Shown here: positions 44,912 through 54,400 of the stretch, in pieces
Layout: every line of letters starts with the position of its first letter
Position numbering within the stretch: the stretch's first letter is position 1
Assembly (NCBI GenBank): GCA_964474995.1
Contig: CAYYUY010000001.1
Span: 18,123 to 82,122 of the forward strand
Direction of reading: 5' to 3'
Origin: an uncultured Candidatus Saccharibacteria bacterium
GTDB taxonomy: Bacteria > Patescibacteriota > Saccharimonadia > Saccharimonadales > JALRHH01
Length of the DNA: 64,000 nt
The notes under the pieces: model-generated
Seen by the model: only the letters and a program-made list of their open reading frames with translations
Told to the model about the DNA's origin: nothing
Databases searched by the model: none
Made by a program: the position numbers and the translations under genes

Positions 44912-45355
44912 ATGAAGGAGCAGTTTACTTTGAAATTATATGAGACATGTTTAGCACACGCTCGAGCTGATCGAGCACTACGAACGTTTATTGCCAGTGA
45001 GCTTGAACAGCATGAGATTACTCTCATGGAGTGGTTGATGTTGAGTGTTGTCTGCAACGCACCAAAAGAAGGCCTCAGTATGTCCACCGTTGCCCGGGCC
45101 CTTGATGTGACGTTGCCACAGGTGACGGCACTGGCCAATAAACTGCTTGCACAGAAATATATTGAGCAAATTATTCAGGTTCATGATCGTCGTGCACGAC
45201 ACGTGTTTCCAACAGCGAGTGGTAAGCGTGTTTGGCAAGAGGTCGAAAAATCATTGTCCAAGAATATTGAGCAGTGGCTGTATGTCGATGCCAAACTTAG
45301 TCGTGATGATGTCGAGCAATACGTCCGTGTTTCTAAGCGAATCGGTAGCAATTAA
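44912..45355 (+). CDS. MarR family transcriptional regulator
   Basis: Winged HTH (LSMSTVARALDVTLPQVTALANKLLAQKYI ... DRRARHV). Cys at residue 13. Confidence 0.8.
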   Translation: MKEQFTLKLYETCLAHARADRALRTFIASELEQHEITLMEWLMLSVVCNAPKEGLSMSTVARALDVTLPQVTALANKLLAQKYIEQIIQVHDRRARHVFPTASGKRVWQEVEKSLSKNIEQWLYVDAKLSRDDVEQYVRVSKRIGSN

Positions 45356-46056
45356 GCAGGATAGTTTGGAAAATAATCACCGACTAATCGGTGTTCTGGC
45401 ACGCCCTGGCTTTTGAATGCTTCAACAAGGCTTTCAACCATTGGTTCTGGCCCGGACATATAGATGATTCGTTTGTCGGCATCGGGTACTAATGTGCTTA
45501 TCTGTTCAGGAGATAAATTGCCAGTAAGCCCGTTCCAATCATCAGCTGGTTGGCTGATAATATAATTGACACGTAATTTTGATTGTTCCAAGAGCTCTGT
45601 AAACGCTAGTTCATCTTCGTGGCGGGCGCTGTAGACAATAACTACGTCACGTTGTTCGCCGCTGTCCACGAGTGATTTGATGATGCTTCGGAAGGGCGTA
45701 ATGCCAATCCCGCCAGCTGCAAATAGGAGCGGGCGGGATTTGTCCTTTGGCAGTACAAAATCGCCCATTGGATCGCTTATACGTAGTTTGTCCCCTGGCT
45801 TGAGTACCGATAAGGCACGTTTGAATGAGCTGCCATTTTCATCTGCGAATTTTGTAGTTATGGCTATTAGCGGTGACTCACTTGGGGATGAAGAAAGGGT
45901 AAACCAGTGCTTGATACCTCGACTATCAGGGTTATCGTGCGGGATGAATAATTCAATAAATTGTCCAGCCTGGTAACGTATTGGACGTTCTGGGTTGAAC
46001 CAAAATGTTTTGATATTCTGAGTGATCGGTTCGATATGGTCGAGTGTCACATTCAT
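45352..46056 (-). CDS. Ferredoxin-NADP reductase-like FAD/NAD(P)-binding oxidoreductase
   Basis: FAD-binding RYQAGQFIE ... HWFTLSS (RxYS-like) and the NAD fold LLFAAGGIGITPFRS. Confidence 0.75.
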   Translation of the reverse strand: MNVTLDHIEPITQNIKTFWFNPERPIRYQAGQFIELFIPHDNPDSRGIKHWFTLSSSPSESPLIAITTKFADENGSSFKRALSVLKPGDKLRISDPMGDFVLPKDKSRPLLFAAGGIGITPFRSIIKSLVDSGEQRDVVIVYSARHEDELAFTELLEQSKLRVNYIISQPADDWNGLTGNLSPEQISTLVPDADKRIIYMSGPEPMVESLVEAFKSQGVPEHRLVGDYFPNYPA

Positions 46057-46748
46057 GATCGTTTTGTTTTGTGCTTGCTACGAAGCATTTGCAATTTGTG
46101 GGGGACATCAGTCGTAATGGTAATACCAGGAAAAAAGAGCTTCAGAAACCGTGCAATCCAGACATGGTTGACGGTATAGACGATGATGCCAAGACCTTCG
46201 CGTTTAGCCAGCCAATACGTAAGGGGGTTTAGTATCCAAAAGTTGAAGTCGACACCATTGAAACCATACTGCTTGGCATCATGAATAGCATCAAATGGCC
46301 GAGTTCGTTCAATAGCGAAGACGGGTATTGTGGGCATAAGCTCGTGAAATTTACTGAGCTCAGGGTGGTTAAATGCGATGACCGATATATCTTTTTGCTC
46401 ATGTTTTTTGAGTACATCAGCGAGGGGTTTCGCCCAGTGACTACCTTTTACATCAAGTAGGACTGGTAGCTTGCCGGCTTCGGCAAGCGCTTTTTGGAGT
46501 GTTGGGACTGTCTCGCCGTTGTGGAGTATGGCTGCCGTGATGGTGTCAGTATGTTCCTTTGTGATGTCGTAGTCATGATCACTGACACGGCTGATTGATG
46601 AGTCATGGCTTAATACAAAATCACCGCTGGCGGTCTGGCGGATATCAAACTCTACGGCGTCAACGCCAGCACTGACAGCACTTCGAATTGCTTCGAGGCT
46701 GTTTTCGAGTGCCATGCCCGCGGCACCGCGGTGGCCGGCAATTTTCAT
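46053..46748 (-). CDS. Glycerophosphodiester phosphodiesterase
   Basis: GDPD motifs HRGAAGMALENSLEA and VEFDIRQTASGDFVLSHD. Confidence 0.85.
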   Translation of the reverse strand: MKIAGHRGAAGMALENSLEAIRSAVSAGVDAVEFDIRQTASGDFVLSHDSSISRVSDHDYDITKEHTDTITAAILHNGETVPTLQKALAEAGKLPVLLDVKGSHWAKPLADVLKKHEQKDISVIAFNHPELSKFHELMPTIPVFAIERTRPFDAIHDAKQYGFNGVDFNFWILNPLTYWLAKREGLGIIVYTVNHVWIARFLKLFFPGITITTDVPHKLQMLRSKHKTKRS

Positions 46749-46891
46749 AGTTTTGATGCCTTTTTTGCGTCACCAGACGCCAGGCGTGTATTCTTCATTA
46801 CTCTCAGTGTACAATATTCAGAAGTGATTAGTGACCTAGATGTCATTAAATCGTATAACTACAAACCGCTATTTCGAAGAAGGAGAAATAA

Positions 46892-47425
46892 ATGGCTGAC
46901 TTCAACCAAATTCTGACACCTGGTGATTACCAAAACGGCATCGTTAACACGGTTATCGAAATCCCAAAGTGGTCAACACTCAAAATCGAATGGGACCGCA
47001 AGCGTGCAGCCTTCAAGCTCGACCGCGTTGAGCCCAGTATTTTTGCGAAGCCCTGTAACTATGGCTTCATCCCGCAGACACTTGACGAGGATGGTGACGA
47101 ACTTGATACATTGGTATTAACCAACGAACCAGTCCCAACTGGTGTATACCTCGAGGGTAAGGTTATTGGTGTTCTGAACTTCATCGATGACGGTGAAGCA
47201 GACCACAAAATTGTGATCGTACCAGTCGATGACCGTAACATCGGTAAGGCAATTGATAACATCGATGATTTGCATGAGCAATGGAAGCTTAAAATTGAGC
47301 ACCACTTCAACCACTACAAGGACCTTAAGAAGCCAGGTTCAACCAAGGTTGAAGGCTGGGGCGACGCCGAAGCTGCTAAGGCTATCATTGCTGAGTCAAT
47401 CGAACGTTACAACACACAGGCCTAG
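46892..47425 (+). CDS. ppa: Inorganic pyrophosphatase (family I)
   Basis: Family I signature DEDGDELDTLVL and YGFIPQT. GAAGGAG SD. Confidence 0.92.
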   Translation: MADFNQILTPGDYQNGIVNTVIEIPKWSTLKIEWDRKRAAFKLDRVEPSIFAKPCNYGFIPQTLDEDGDELDTLVLTNEPVPTGVYLEGKVIGVLNFIDDGEADHKIVIVPVDDRNIGKAIDNIDDLHEQWKLKIEHHFNHYKDLKKPGSTKVEGWGDAEAAKAIIAESIERYNTQA

Positions 47426-47512
47426 ACCCTCCGATAAAATTTGCTCGGAACCAGTTGTGCTTATACAATAAAGATAAAATAACAGTAATCAATAAAAGAT
47501 TAGGGTGGCGAA

Positions 47513-48553
47513 ATGAAAACACGTGTAGCAATTAACGGATTCGGCCGTATTGGACGAAATGCTTTTAAGGTGGCTTTTGACAGATCGGATGTCGAGATCG
47601 TTGCGATCAATGATTTGACAGACACCAAGACACTAGCGCATCTCCTCAAACACGATAGCAACTACGGCACATACCAACATACTGTTACTTTTGACGAATC
47701 TAACATTATCGTTAACGGGACACCTATCAAAGTGTTGGCCGAGAAAGACCCAGCGGCTTTACCGTGGGGTGATATGAAAATCGACGTTGTTATAGAATCG
47801 ACAGGGTTCTTTGTTGATCCGGCCAAGGCCAAAGCGCACATCACGGCCGGTGCTAAGAAAGTCGTTATTTCGGCGCCAGCAAAGGGTGTCGGCGCCACGA
47901 CCATCGTCCTTGGTGTTAATGAAGATAAGCTCGAAACAGCAGAGGACGTTATTAGTAACGCTTCATGTACCACGAACTGTATTACGCCAGTCGCAGCCGT
48001 CATCGAGAGTAACTTTGGTATCGAAAAAGCCATGATGACCACAATTCACAGCTATACTGCCAGCCAGAAGTTACAGGATGCGCCAGCAAAGGATCTCCGT
48101 GAAGCTCGAAATGCAGCTGAAAACATCGTGCCTACGACCACTGGTGCGTCAATTGCCGCGGGCCAGGCTATGCCCACTCTCCAGGGTATCTTCGGTGGTA
48201 TGAGCGTACGTGTCCCGACGCCAGTTGTTTCACTCAGTGACTTTGTCATTATTACCAAAAAGAACGTGACAATTGAAGAGGTAAATGCTGCTTTCAAAAA
48301 AGCCGCCGGCGAGCCATTCTACCAAGGAATCCTTGCAGTTACTGAAGAGGAACTTGTATCAAGCGACTTCATCGGTAATAGCCACTCTTGTATCATCGAC
48401 ACGAAACTAACAGCTGTTGTTGGTGGAAATATGCTCAAGGTTGTTGCCTGGTACGACAATGAATGGGGCTACAGTAACCGACTTGTCGAAGTCGTCGCAG
48501 ATGCCGGCCGTTTACTGCATGCTAAAGAAGATCATGCTGAGTTCCACGACTAA
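47513..48553 (+). CDS. gap: Type I glyceraldehyde-3-phosphate dehydrogenase
   Basis: INGFGRIGR NAD fold, active site SNASCTTNC, WYDNEWGYS. Confidence 0.94.
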   Translation: MKTRVAINGFGRIGRNAFKVAFDRSDVEIVAINDLTDTKTLAHLLKHDSNYGTYQHTVTFDESNIIVNGTPIKVLAEKDPAALPWGDMKIDVVIESTGFFVDPAKAKAHITAGAKKVVISAPAKGVGATTIVLGVNEDKLETAEDVISNASCTTNCITPVAAVIESNFGIEKAMMTTIHSYTASQKLQDAPAKDLREARNAAENIVPTTTGASIAAGQAMPTLQGIFGGMSVRVPTPVVSLSDFVIITKKNVTIEEVNAAFKKAAGEPFYQGILAVTEEELVSSDFIGNSHSCIIDTKLTAVVGGNMLKVVAWYDNEWGYSNRLVEVVADAGRLLHAKEDHAEFHD

Positions 48554-48562
48554 GGAAAACTT

Positions 48563-49006
48563 ATGAAGATATATATCGGGGCTGACCATAATGGATTCCA
48601 ATATCGTCAGAAGTTGATTGCACATCTCAAGTCTGCGGGCTATGACGTACACGATGATGGTGATGCACAGCTTAATCCAGTCGATGACTTTCCTGTGTTT
48701 GCGCAGGCTGTCGTACATGATGTACTGGGTAGTGACGATCCTGACGCTCGCGGGATATTACTCTGTGGTAGTGGTCAGGGAATGTGCATAGCAGCCAATC
48801 GGTTCAAAGGTATCCGCGCAGCACTTGGGTACGACGCAGAATCGGTACGCTCGTCGCGTAACGATGATAATAGTAATGTACTCTGTTTGCCATCCCGCAC
48901 CCTTGATGAACAGACGATGTTTCAACTTGCCGATAACTGGCTTACGACGCCATTTGCTGCTGCCCCACGATTTGTCCGACGCATTAATGAACTCGACAAT
49001 CTGTAG
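48563..49006 (+). CDS. rpiB: Ribose-5-phosphate isomerase B
   Basis: RpiB/LacAB pattern (MKIYIGADHNG ... LLCGSGQGMCIAANR). Confidence 0.9.
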   Translation: MKIYIGADHNGFQYRQKLIAHLKSAGYDVHDDGDAQLNPVDDFPVFAQAVVHDVLGSDDPDARGILLCGSGQGMCIAANRFKGIRAALGYDAESVRSSRNDDNSNVLCLPSRTLDEQTMFQLADNWLTTPFAAAPRFVRRINELDNL

Positions 49007-49647
49007 TGGCTGAGATTTGCCCAACGGTTACGGCATTTGATCGTGAGAATTATTCCGCGCAGGTGCATACTATTACACCATTTGCTGATCGGATTCATAT
49101 TGATCTGATGGACGGCATTTTTGCGCCCACCGTGTCGCCAAGTCTTGATGATATATGGCTGCCGTACGATGCACTGGTGGATGTCCATCTGATGTACCAA
49201 GAACCGATGAATGTGCTTGACCAACTGATTAGACTAAAGCCACACATGGTGATTATCCATAACGAAGCGCATGTGCACCACATGCATTTTGCGGCCGAGT
49301 TACACAAGCATGGCATCAAGACCGGTCTTGCCATATTGCAAGATACCCCAGTCGAGTATGCATACCAGATCATGCACAGTTTTGACCATTTGCTCGTGTT
49401 TAGTGGTAACCTAGGACATTATGGCGGTGAAGCAGACCTACGTCTTATAGAAAAAGTCGGCCTGGCCCGTGAACATTATCCCGAAATCGAAATTGGCTGG
49501 GATGGGGGTATTAATGACAAGAACACTGCCGAGCTCATTAGGGCTGGCGTTGACGTACTTAACGTCGGTGGCTTTGTCCAGAAAGCCGAGCATCCAGAAG
49601 CTGCTTATGCTACACTAAAAGCAATAGCGGAGCACGCCAACAACTAA
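49006..49647 (+). CDS. rpe: Ribulose-phosphate 3-epimerase (divergent)
   Basis: The GTG start shares one base with the rpiB stop (TAGTG). HIDLMDGIFAP and WDGGIN motifs of the Rpe TIM barrel. Pathway context supports the call. Confidence 0.75.
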   Translation: MAEICPTVTAFDRENYSAQVHTITPFADRIHIDLMDGIFAPTVSPSLDDIWLPYDALVDVHLMYQEPMNVLDQLIRLKPHMVIIHNEAHVHHMHFAAELHKHGIKTGLAILQDTPVEYAYQIMHSFDHLLVFSGNLGHYGGEADLRLIEKVGLAREHYPEIEIGWDGGINDKNTAELIRAGVDVLNVGGFVQKAEHPEAAYATLKAIAEHANN

Positions 49648-50504
49648 TGAAAACAAAATTGACCATAAAGCAACTCGAACAAAAGGCAAATGATATACGT
49701 GAAGATATCATTAAGGCTCTTGAGCATGCTGGCAGTGGCCATAGTGCTGGCCCACTTGGATTAGCTGACATATTTGCAGCTCTGTACTTTGATATTTTGA
49801 AATATGATCCAAAAAAGCCCGATTGGGATCAACGTGATATTTTACTCCTCAGTAATGGGCACTGTGTCCCTGTGCAATACACCGCGATGGCTCATGCTGG
49901 TTTTTTTGACCGCAAAGAGCTCATGACGCTTCGTCAGTTCGGTTCGCGCCTCCAGGGTCACCCAGAACGCACCAAACTGCCAGGCCTCGAAAATACCAGT
50001 GGCCCACTTGGTTCTGGTCTGAGCCAAGCAGCTGGTATGGCGCTCGCAATGCGCATGAACAAAGATCATCACCGATGGGTCTATGTCGTTATGGGTGACG
50101 GTGAGCAAGACGAAGGTAACGTCTGGGAAGCCGCCATGCTCGCCGCTAAATACAAACTCAATAACATTATTGCAATTACAGACCGCAATAATATCCAAAT
50201 TGATGGCCCTACCGAAAGTGTTATGCCACTTGAGAATTTTAAAGACAAATGGGAAGCATTTGGCTGGCATGTCATCGAAATTGACGGTAATAACATCGAA
50301 GCCGTCATCGATGCCTGCGCCATGGGCCGGGCAATTATTGAGAAACCAATCATGATCATCGCCCACACGATCCCTGGCAAGGGTGTGGACTTTATGGAAT
50401 ATGACTTCCGCTGGCACGGCATGCCGCCAAACCACGAACAAGCCGTAGAAGCGCTCAAAGAACTCCGTACGCTGAATGGCAAAATTAGGAGTGAACATGA
50501 GTAA
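49647..50504 (+). CDS. Transketolase, N-terminal (TPP pyrophosphate-binding) subunit
   Basis: GSGHSAGPLG, HPE..., GPLGSGLSQAAG and MGDGEQDEGNVWEA (TPP motif). Split-gene form. Confidence 0.9.
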   Translation: MKTKLTIKQLEQKANDIREDIIKALEHAGSGHSAGPLGLADIFAALYFDILKYDPKKPDWDQRDILLLSNGHCVPVQYTAMAHAGFFDRKELMTLRQFGSRLQGHPERTKLPGLENTSGPLGSGLSQAAGMALAMRMNKDHHRWVYVVMGDGEQDEGNVWEAAMLAAKYKLNNIIAITDRNNIQIDGPTESVMPLENFKDKWEAFGWHVIEIDGNNIEAVIDACAMGRAIIEKPIMIIAHTIPGKGVDFMEYDFRWHGMPPNHEQAVEALKELRTLNGKIRSEHE

Positions 50505-51477
50505 CATGTATTTGATTCCGGATATTTTGGCGAAGGATCTACTCAAAGAGCCGATTCGCAAAGGCTTTGGCCGGGGATTACTCGAGGCAGGCAAGCGTAA
50601 TGTCGATGTGGTTGCTGCATGTGCTGATCTGACTGAATCAACTCAGATGCACTTATTCCGAGATGCGTTTCCAGAGCGATTTATCGAAATTGGCGTCGCT
50701 GAACAAAACCTTGTCACCGTTGGCTCCGGCATGGCTGCTATGGGCAAGATCCCATTTGTCAGTAGTTATGCGGCGTTTAGTCCAGGTCGTAACTGGGAGC
50801 AGATCCGTACCACTATCTGTTTGAATGATCGTCCTGTTCGCGTTGTTGGTTCGCACGCCGGCGTTTCTGTTGGCCCCGACGGAGCAACTCACCAGATGCT
50901 TGAAGACATCGCTATCATGCGTACCTTGCCGAATATGATTGTCATCGCACCTGGTGATAGCATTGAAGCCGAGAAGGCGACACTGGCACTTGCTGAAGAC
51001 AGACGACCAGCCTATCTGCGGCTGGCACGTGAAGCGACCCCAGTTATCACTACTGACAAAACCCCATTTGAGATAGGCAAAGCCTATGTGCTAACCGAAG
51101 GTGCAGATCTGACAATTGTTAGTACCGGAACAATGACTTATCACGCACTCGTGGCTGCCGAGATGCTTTTTAAGGAGGGTATCGACGTAGAAGTTGTCCA
51201 TTGTCCAACTATTAAGCCACTTGATGCGGTGACCATACTGAAAAGTGTCCACAAGACTAAATGTGTGATCACGGCTGAAGAAGCACAGATCAATGGTGGG
51301 CTTGGTAGTGCAATTGCGGAGCTACTTGGTGAGGAATTCCCAGTACCACTCAAGCGCATTGGTATTCGTGATCGATTTGGTGAGTCTGGTAAACCTGATG
51401 AACTTATGGAGCATTTCGGTCTTACGGGTAAGCATCTTGCAATCGCCGCGCATCAACTTATGGAAAAGAAACACTAA
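50497..51477 (+). CDS. Transketolase, C-terminal (pyrimidine-binding) subunit
   Basis: FIEIGVAEQNLV and GPDGATHQMLEDIAIMR. The start ATG at 50497 overlaps the upstream stop (ATGAGTAA). The track start is 50476. Confidence 0.9.
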   Translation: MSNMYLIPDILAKDLLKEPIRKGFGRGLLEAGKRNVDVVAACADLTESTQMHLFRDAFPERFIEIGVAEQNLVTVGSGMAAMGKIPFVSSYAAFSPGRNWEQIRTTICLNDRPVRVVGSHAGVSVGPDGATHQMLEDIAIMRTLPNMIVIAPGDSIEAEKATLALAEDRRPAYLRLAREATPVITTDKTPFEIGKAYVLTEGADLTIVSTGTMTYHALVAAEMLFKEGIDVEVVHCPTIKPLDAVTILKSVHKTKCVITAEEAQINGGLGSAIAELLGEEFPVPLKRIGIRDRFGESGKPDELMEHFGLTGKHLAIAAHQLMEKKH

Positions 51478-51488
51478 AGGACAAAACA

Positions 51489-52394
51489 ATGCCACTGACA
51501 CTCCGCCAAATACGAAAAAACTGTGAAGACGCACGTAACCTTATGAACCGCGCGCGTGCCGAGCACTTTGCACTCGGTGCATTCAACTTAGACAATCAGG
51601 AAACACTCAAGGCAGTCGCTCGAGCCGCAGCCAACAAGAAAGCACCAGTGCTTGTAGAGGTCAGTCAGGGTGAGGTAGATGCGCTTGGTTTGGACAATAT
51701 CCGTGACATGGTAGAAAACTACAAACATGAGTACGGCGTGCAGATGTACATCAATCTTGACCATTCCCCATCTATCGAAGCTGCCAAAGCTGGTATTGAG
51801 GCTGGGTTCGAGTTTATCCATATTGACGTATCGCAGTCCAACAAAGAAGCGACAGTTGATGAGATTATTGCAGCCACGAAAGAGGTTGTCCGGTATGCCA
51901 AGCTTACCGGCGCACTTGTAGAGAGTGAGCCGCATTATTTTGGTGGTAGTTCTAACGTGCACGTCGAAGCGTTTGATTATGAGGAAATTAAAAAGACCTT
52001 TAGTACGCCCGAAGATTCTAAGTCATTTGTTGATGCAACTGGCATTGATACATATGCGGCGGCAGTCGGTAACCTACACGGGAGCTACCCGGTCCCTAAA
52101 ATGCTTGACCTAGAATTGCTTCAAGCAGTCAGAAACGCAATTGATTGCAACATATCGTTGCATGGTGGCAGTGGTACGCCGGGGCATTATTTTGTGGACG
52201 CAGTTAAAATTGGCGTGACAAAGGTTAACATTAACTCTGACATGCGTGTGGCATATCGTAAAACGCTTGAACAAGTGTTGGCTGATAACCCAACAGAATT
52301 TGCGGTCGTAAAATTGATGGACACTGTTGTAGAAGCAGTGCAAGCGGTTGTTGAATCAAAAATTGACACCTTCAACTCGACTGGCAAAGTCTAG
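51489..52394 (+). CDS. fba: Class II fructose-bisphosphate aldolase
   Basis: FNLDNQETLKAV, LDHS and SLHGGSGTP motifs of class II ketose-bisphosphate aldolases. Confidence 0.87.
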   Translation: MPLTLRQIRKNCEDARNLMNRARAEHFALGAFNLDNQETLKAVARAAANKKAPVLVEVSQGEVDALGLDNIRDMVENYKHEYGVQMYINLDHSPSIEAAKAGIEAGFEFIHIDVSQSNKEATVDEIIAATKEVVRYAKLTGALVESEPHYFGGSSNVHVEAFDYEEIKKTFSTPEDSKSFVDATGIDTYAAAVGNLHGSYPVPKMLDLELLQAVRNAIDCNISLHGGSGTPGHYFVDAVKIGVTKVNINSDMRVAYRKTLEQVLADNPTEFAVVKLMDTVVEAVQAVVESKIDTFNSTGKV

Positions 52395-53242
52395 CCCAGA
52401 AGGCCGCGAGCTTCAGCGGTTGCGGCAGTATGTTGCCATATCTGAACGACATGCTTTGGGCCAAGTATAATTGGGCAGCCAAATGGCGCTGCTTTTGCAG
52501 TGACATCGTCAAGCGTTTTGGCGTGACGTTGCGGCTCGCCAGCTAGTAAGACCGCTTTTCGAGCGCCAGGTGTCATGGGCATATCAAGCAGGGAAGTCTT
52601 ATAGTCAAGCCGACCTTTAGTCACTTCAGCAGCAGGCAAATCACCCCGTGGAAGCATATATGCTTCCACAATTTCAAGCTGGGACTCATTGATTTTTGTA
52701 AGTTCAATTAGAGGTCTGACACTGTAATCCATGACTGCTCTTGAGTCATCACTGTGCTTCTCGTGGAGATCTTTGAGAAGGGCCGTAGAAACCCTAACCC
52801 CTGTTTGGGATCCCAGTAGCAACGATCGTTCGGGGTGTTTTCGGATATATGGTCGAAGACGGCGGCGTATTCCCTGCAAAACCATGAGATTTTCAAGATC
52901 CGTAGCGTTGCTCCTATCGTCGAACACCTCTTGGGAGGCGATTTTGTATTGTTTTTGGAGGTCTAGGCGTAGTTTTTTCCAAGGAGAAAAAGTTATAGGA
53001 TGTCGCAGTTCATCGGGCAGTTCGGCAGTGGCTTTAGTTGTGATCTGGCCAATAAACCTACTGAAGTAAGCAGCGCTGACTGGTTTTAGCGTCGCATCCA
53101 ACATATACGCTTCAGGAGTACATCGAGGTGGTAGCTCGCTGGGTATATCAGGTATTGGAATACTTTCTTCGCGAAGGTATTCATGAGCGATTCGTCGTGC
53201 CTCAGCCGCACTGTTATATGGACATTCCTGATTCTCTGGCAT
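52391..53242 (-). CDS. Hypothetical protein (283 aa), no recognisable family
   Basis: Long uninterrupted ORF with TGTTATAAT 8 nt upstream of its ATG. Its stop overlaps the fba stop (CTAG). Confidence 0.6.
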   Translation of the reverse strand: MPENQECPYNSAAEARRIAHEYLREESIPIPDIPSELPPRCTPEAYMLDATLKPVSAAYFSRFIGQITTKATAELPDELRHPITFSPWKKLRLDLQKQYKIASQEVFDDRSNATDLENLMVLQGIRRRLRPYIRKHPERSLLLGSQTGVRVSTALLKDLHEKHSDDSRAVMDYSVRPLIELTKINESQLEIVEAYMLPRGDLPAAEVTKGRLDYKTSLLDMPMTPGARKAVLLAGEPQRHAKTLDDVTAKAAPFGCPIILGPKHVVQIWQHTAATAEARGLLG

Positions 53243-53250
53243 AGAAGTTA

Positions 53251-53259
53251 ATTATAACA
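53251..53259 (-). promoter_or_regulatory. Extended -10 TGTTATAAT, 8 nt upstream of ATG 53242
   Basis: The minus strand reads TGTTATAAT-TAACTTCT-ATG. Confidence 0.55.
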
Positions 53260-53359
53260 GAAAAACCTATTAAAGTAAACTATAAGCGTATTGCTTCAAC
53301 AGTGGCGGTGTGCCATAATTCAGATTGAATATAGTACTAATACATAAAGTGGGGGTGGG

Positions 53360-54367
53360 ATGAGTCAGCACTTGGACGTTCTGAGTATCGGCGACGTTGT
53401 AACGGACGCATTTATTAAGCTATTGGATGACCGTGCCGTTGTATACGAGAATGAGCAAGGTAAGTGGTTGGCAATGCCCTATGGTACAAAAATTCCATTT
53501 GATCACGCTGAAGTTATCGCTGGTGTTGGTAATGCCTCAAATGCAGCTGTCAGCCTGGCTAGGCTAGGCTTACATAGCGGTCTTGTTGCAAATGTTGGCG
53601 CCGATAACGAGGGCCGTGACATGATCAATACCCTCAACAAAAACAAAGTAGATACCCGGTTTGTACACATCAACCCAGGTAAGCTGAGCAACTACCACTA
53701 TGTGCTCTGGTACAAAGAAGAGCGTACTATCCTGATCAAACACGAGGAGTACGACTATAAGTGGCCTCGTTTTCGAGAGACTGATGTGCCAAAGTGGGTT
53801 TATTTCAGCTCGATTAGTAAGAACGCGATTGATAGCTACCATGACCACGTTGCTGATTGGCTCGAAGAGAACCCAGACGTCAAATTGGCGTTCCAACCAG
53901 GAACATTCCAGATGGAAGCGGGTGTAGAACGGCTACGGCGATTGTACGCACGTACCGAAGTACTTGTGTTGAACCGCGAAGAAGCCGTCGCCGTTTCGGG
54001 TGGCAACTATGATGATATCCACGATCTCTTTAATCGTTTTCACCAGCTCGGCTGTAAGATTGTGGTGATCACTGATGGACCAGCCGGCGCGTATGCGAGT
54101 GACGGCGATAATCGCTTCCAGATGCCATTGTACCCCGATCCATCTCCACCAATTGAGCGTACCGGTGCAGGTGACGCGTTTGCATCAACATTCGTTGCTG
54201 CGATTGTTAAAGGCAATACCGTCGAGGGGGCGTTGCAGTGGGCGCCAATTAATTCTATGAACGTCGTCCAAAATGTTGGCGCACAAGCTGGCTTATTGAA
54301 TGAAGAACAGTTGGGTGAACTTCTCAAAGCAGCACCAGACTGGTACAAACCAACGAGAATGCAGTAA
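53360..54367 (+). CDS. PfkB-family carbohydrate/nucleoside kinase
   Basis: N-terminal VLSIGDVVTDAF, the GG dipeptide region (GVGNASNAA) and the C-terminal catalytic TGAGDAF. Confidence 0.85.
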   Translation: MSQHLDVLSIGDVVTDAFIKLLDDRAVVYENEQGKWLAMPYGTKIPFDHAEVIAGVGNASNAAVSLARLGLHSGLVANVGADNEGRDMINTLNKNKVDTRFVHINPGKLSNYHYVLWYKEERTILIKHEEYDYKWPRFRETDVPKWVYFSSISKNAIDSYHDHVADWLEENPDVKLAFQPGTFQMEAGVERLRRLYARTEVLVLNREEAVAVSGGNYDDIHDLFNRFHQLGCKIVVITDGPAGAYASDGDNRFQMPLYPDPSPPIERTGAGDAFASTFVAAIVKGNTVEGALQWAPINSMNVVQNVGAQAGLLNEEQLGELLKAAPDWYKPTRMQ

Positions 54368-54400
54368 TACCACGTAGTGGATAGTTAAAAGAGTAAAATT

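Noticed and set aside
49842-50594. A 250-aa ORF on the minus strand
   Set aside because: It lies entirely antisense to the transketolase subunit genes, whose plus-strand products carry unmistakable TPP-enzyme motifs. It has no motif of its own. Long antisense ORFs are expected opposite long genes.
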